This document shows, piece by piece, positions 50,936 to 51,514 of a stretch of 51,514 nucleotides of DNA (position 1 is the stretch's first letter; every line of letters begins with the position of its first letter). This stretch comes from Phoronis australis (lineage: Eukaryota > Animalia > Phoronida). Below the pieces are notes generated by a model that ran no database searches, was not told where the DNA came from, and saw nothing but the letters and a program-made list of their open reading frames with translations. The position numbers and the translations under genes are program-made. Where the stretch lies: positions 836,094 through 887,607 of the forward strand of contig NMRA01000130.1 in assembly GCA_002633005.1 (NCBI GenBank). Direction: 5' to 3'.

Positions 50936-51479
50936 ATGTGTTGCATTGGAGTCCCTTCTGGATGCATTTGAATGAGCAGCAAACAGGGTCGCGCAGCATG
51001 TTACACTGGTTTGCTTGACTTTCCTATTTCCCCCCTTCATGTGCCATTCTTTGCAGTATTTCACACCCGCCGTGTCCCACTGTATGTGTCTCCAGCTTAT
51101 GCTCTGTGGTGGCATTACTGCGTCATTTTATTTCCACTTGAGAACGAAACAAGTATGTTTGGAAATATCGTGTAGGCTACGTTTTTATCCTGTCCCTTGG
51201 TGAGCTACTTCATCAATGTTCCGTTGAGTACAGAGTTTTATTCCGAACATATGAAAGAAACGGAATAAAGACTGTCAATAACCAAAAGTGTCGTGCATTT
51301 AATCAGTTCTGCATATCGGAAAAGTTGCTCACGAAGTACAGCCAGTACACGTATTAACACACAGTTATATTTCATGATCTGATTCGGTAACACTAGAGTC
51401 GACCCAGCTTTTGGTGCTTTTGTGTAATACCGGTTATATCGTTCTTTAGTCAACATACATGTACGTGTACCACAGTATT

Positions 51480-51514
51480 CAGGGGCGGATCCAGGATTTT
51501 GAGTTAGGGGGGGG
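51480..51514 (+). mobile_element. Left end of another CAGGGGCGGATCCAG MITE (cut by the window edge)
   Basis: CAGGGGCGGATCCAGGATTTTGAGTTAGG is identical to 1173-1201. Confidence 0.88.

Overview
AT-rich metazoan genomic DNA with spliceosomal introns, probably a marine invertebrate (inferred from gene and repeat content). It is not prokaryotic, and I found no CRISPR, rRNA or true tRNA. Two convergent genes can be rebuilt by hand from splice sites. (1) Plus strand: a quiver/sleepless-type Ly6/uPAR three-finger protein. Exons are 4100-4133 (probable, followed by a ~26.8 kb intron), 30960-31013, 33074-33229 and 35412-35713, giving 181 aa. (2) Minus strand: a 5'-incomplete type I membrane receptor with tandem C-type lectin domains (one EPN/WND, one APS/WKD), a Thr-rich stalk, a TM helix and a Tyr-motif tail, in six exons spanning 46625-41898. 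The rest is a patchwork of repeats: a 2.55 kb Academ-type DNA transposon, MITEs with 5-bp or 8-bp target duplications, Tx1/L1-like and RTE-X-like LINE relics, two Penelope-like GIY-YIG relics (one with a degenerate hammerhead just downstream of the lectin gene), a Helentron-like element, a tRNA-SINE head, and mini/microsatellites. A 2.28 kb tandem duplication around a single N is probably an assembly artefact. The most striking unexplained signal is a strong excess of TA-bounded palindromes (TACATGTA, TAGGCCTA, often chained), which look like transposon excision footprints. I found no convincing wholly new multi-gene system.
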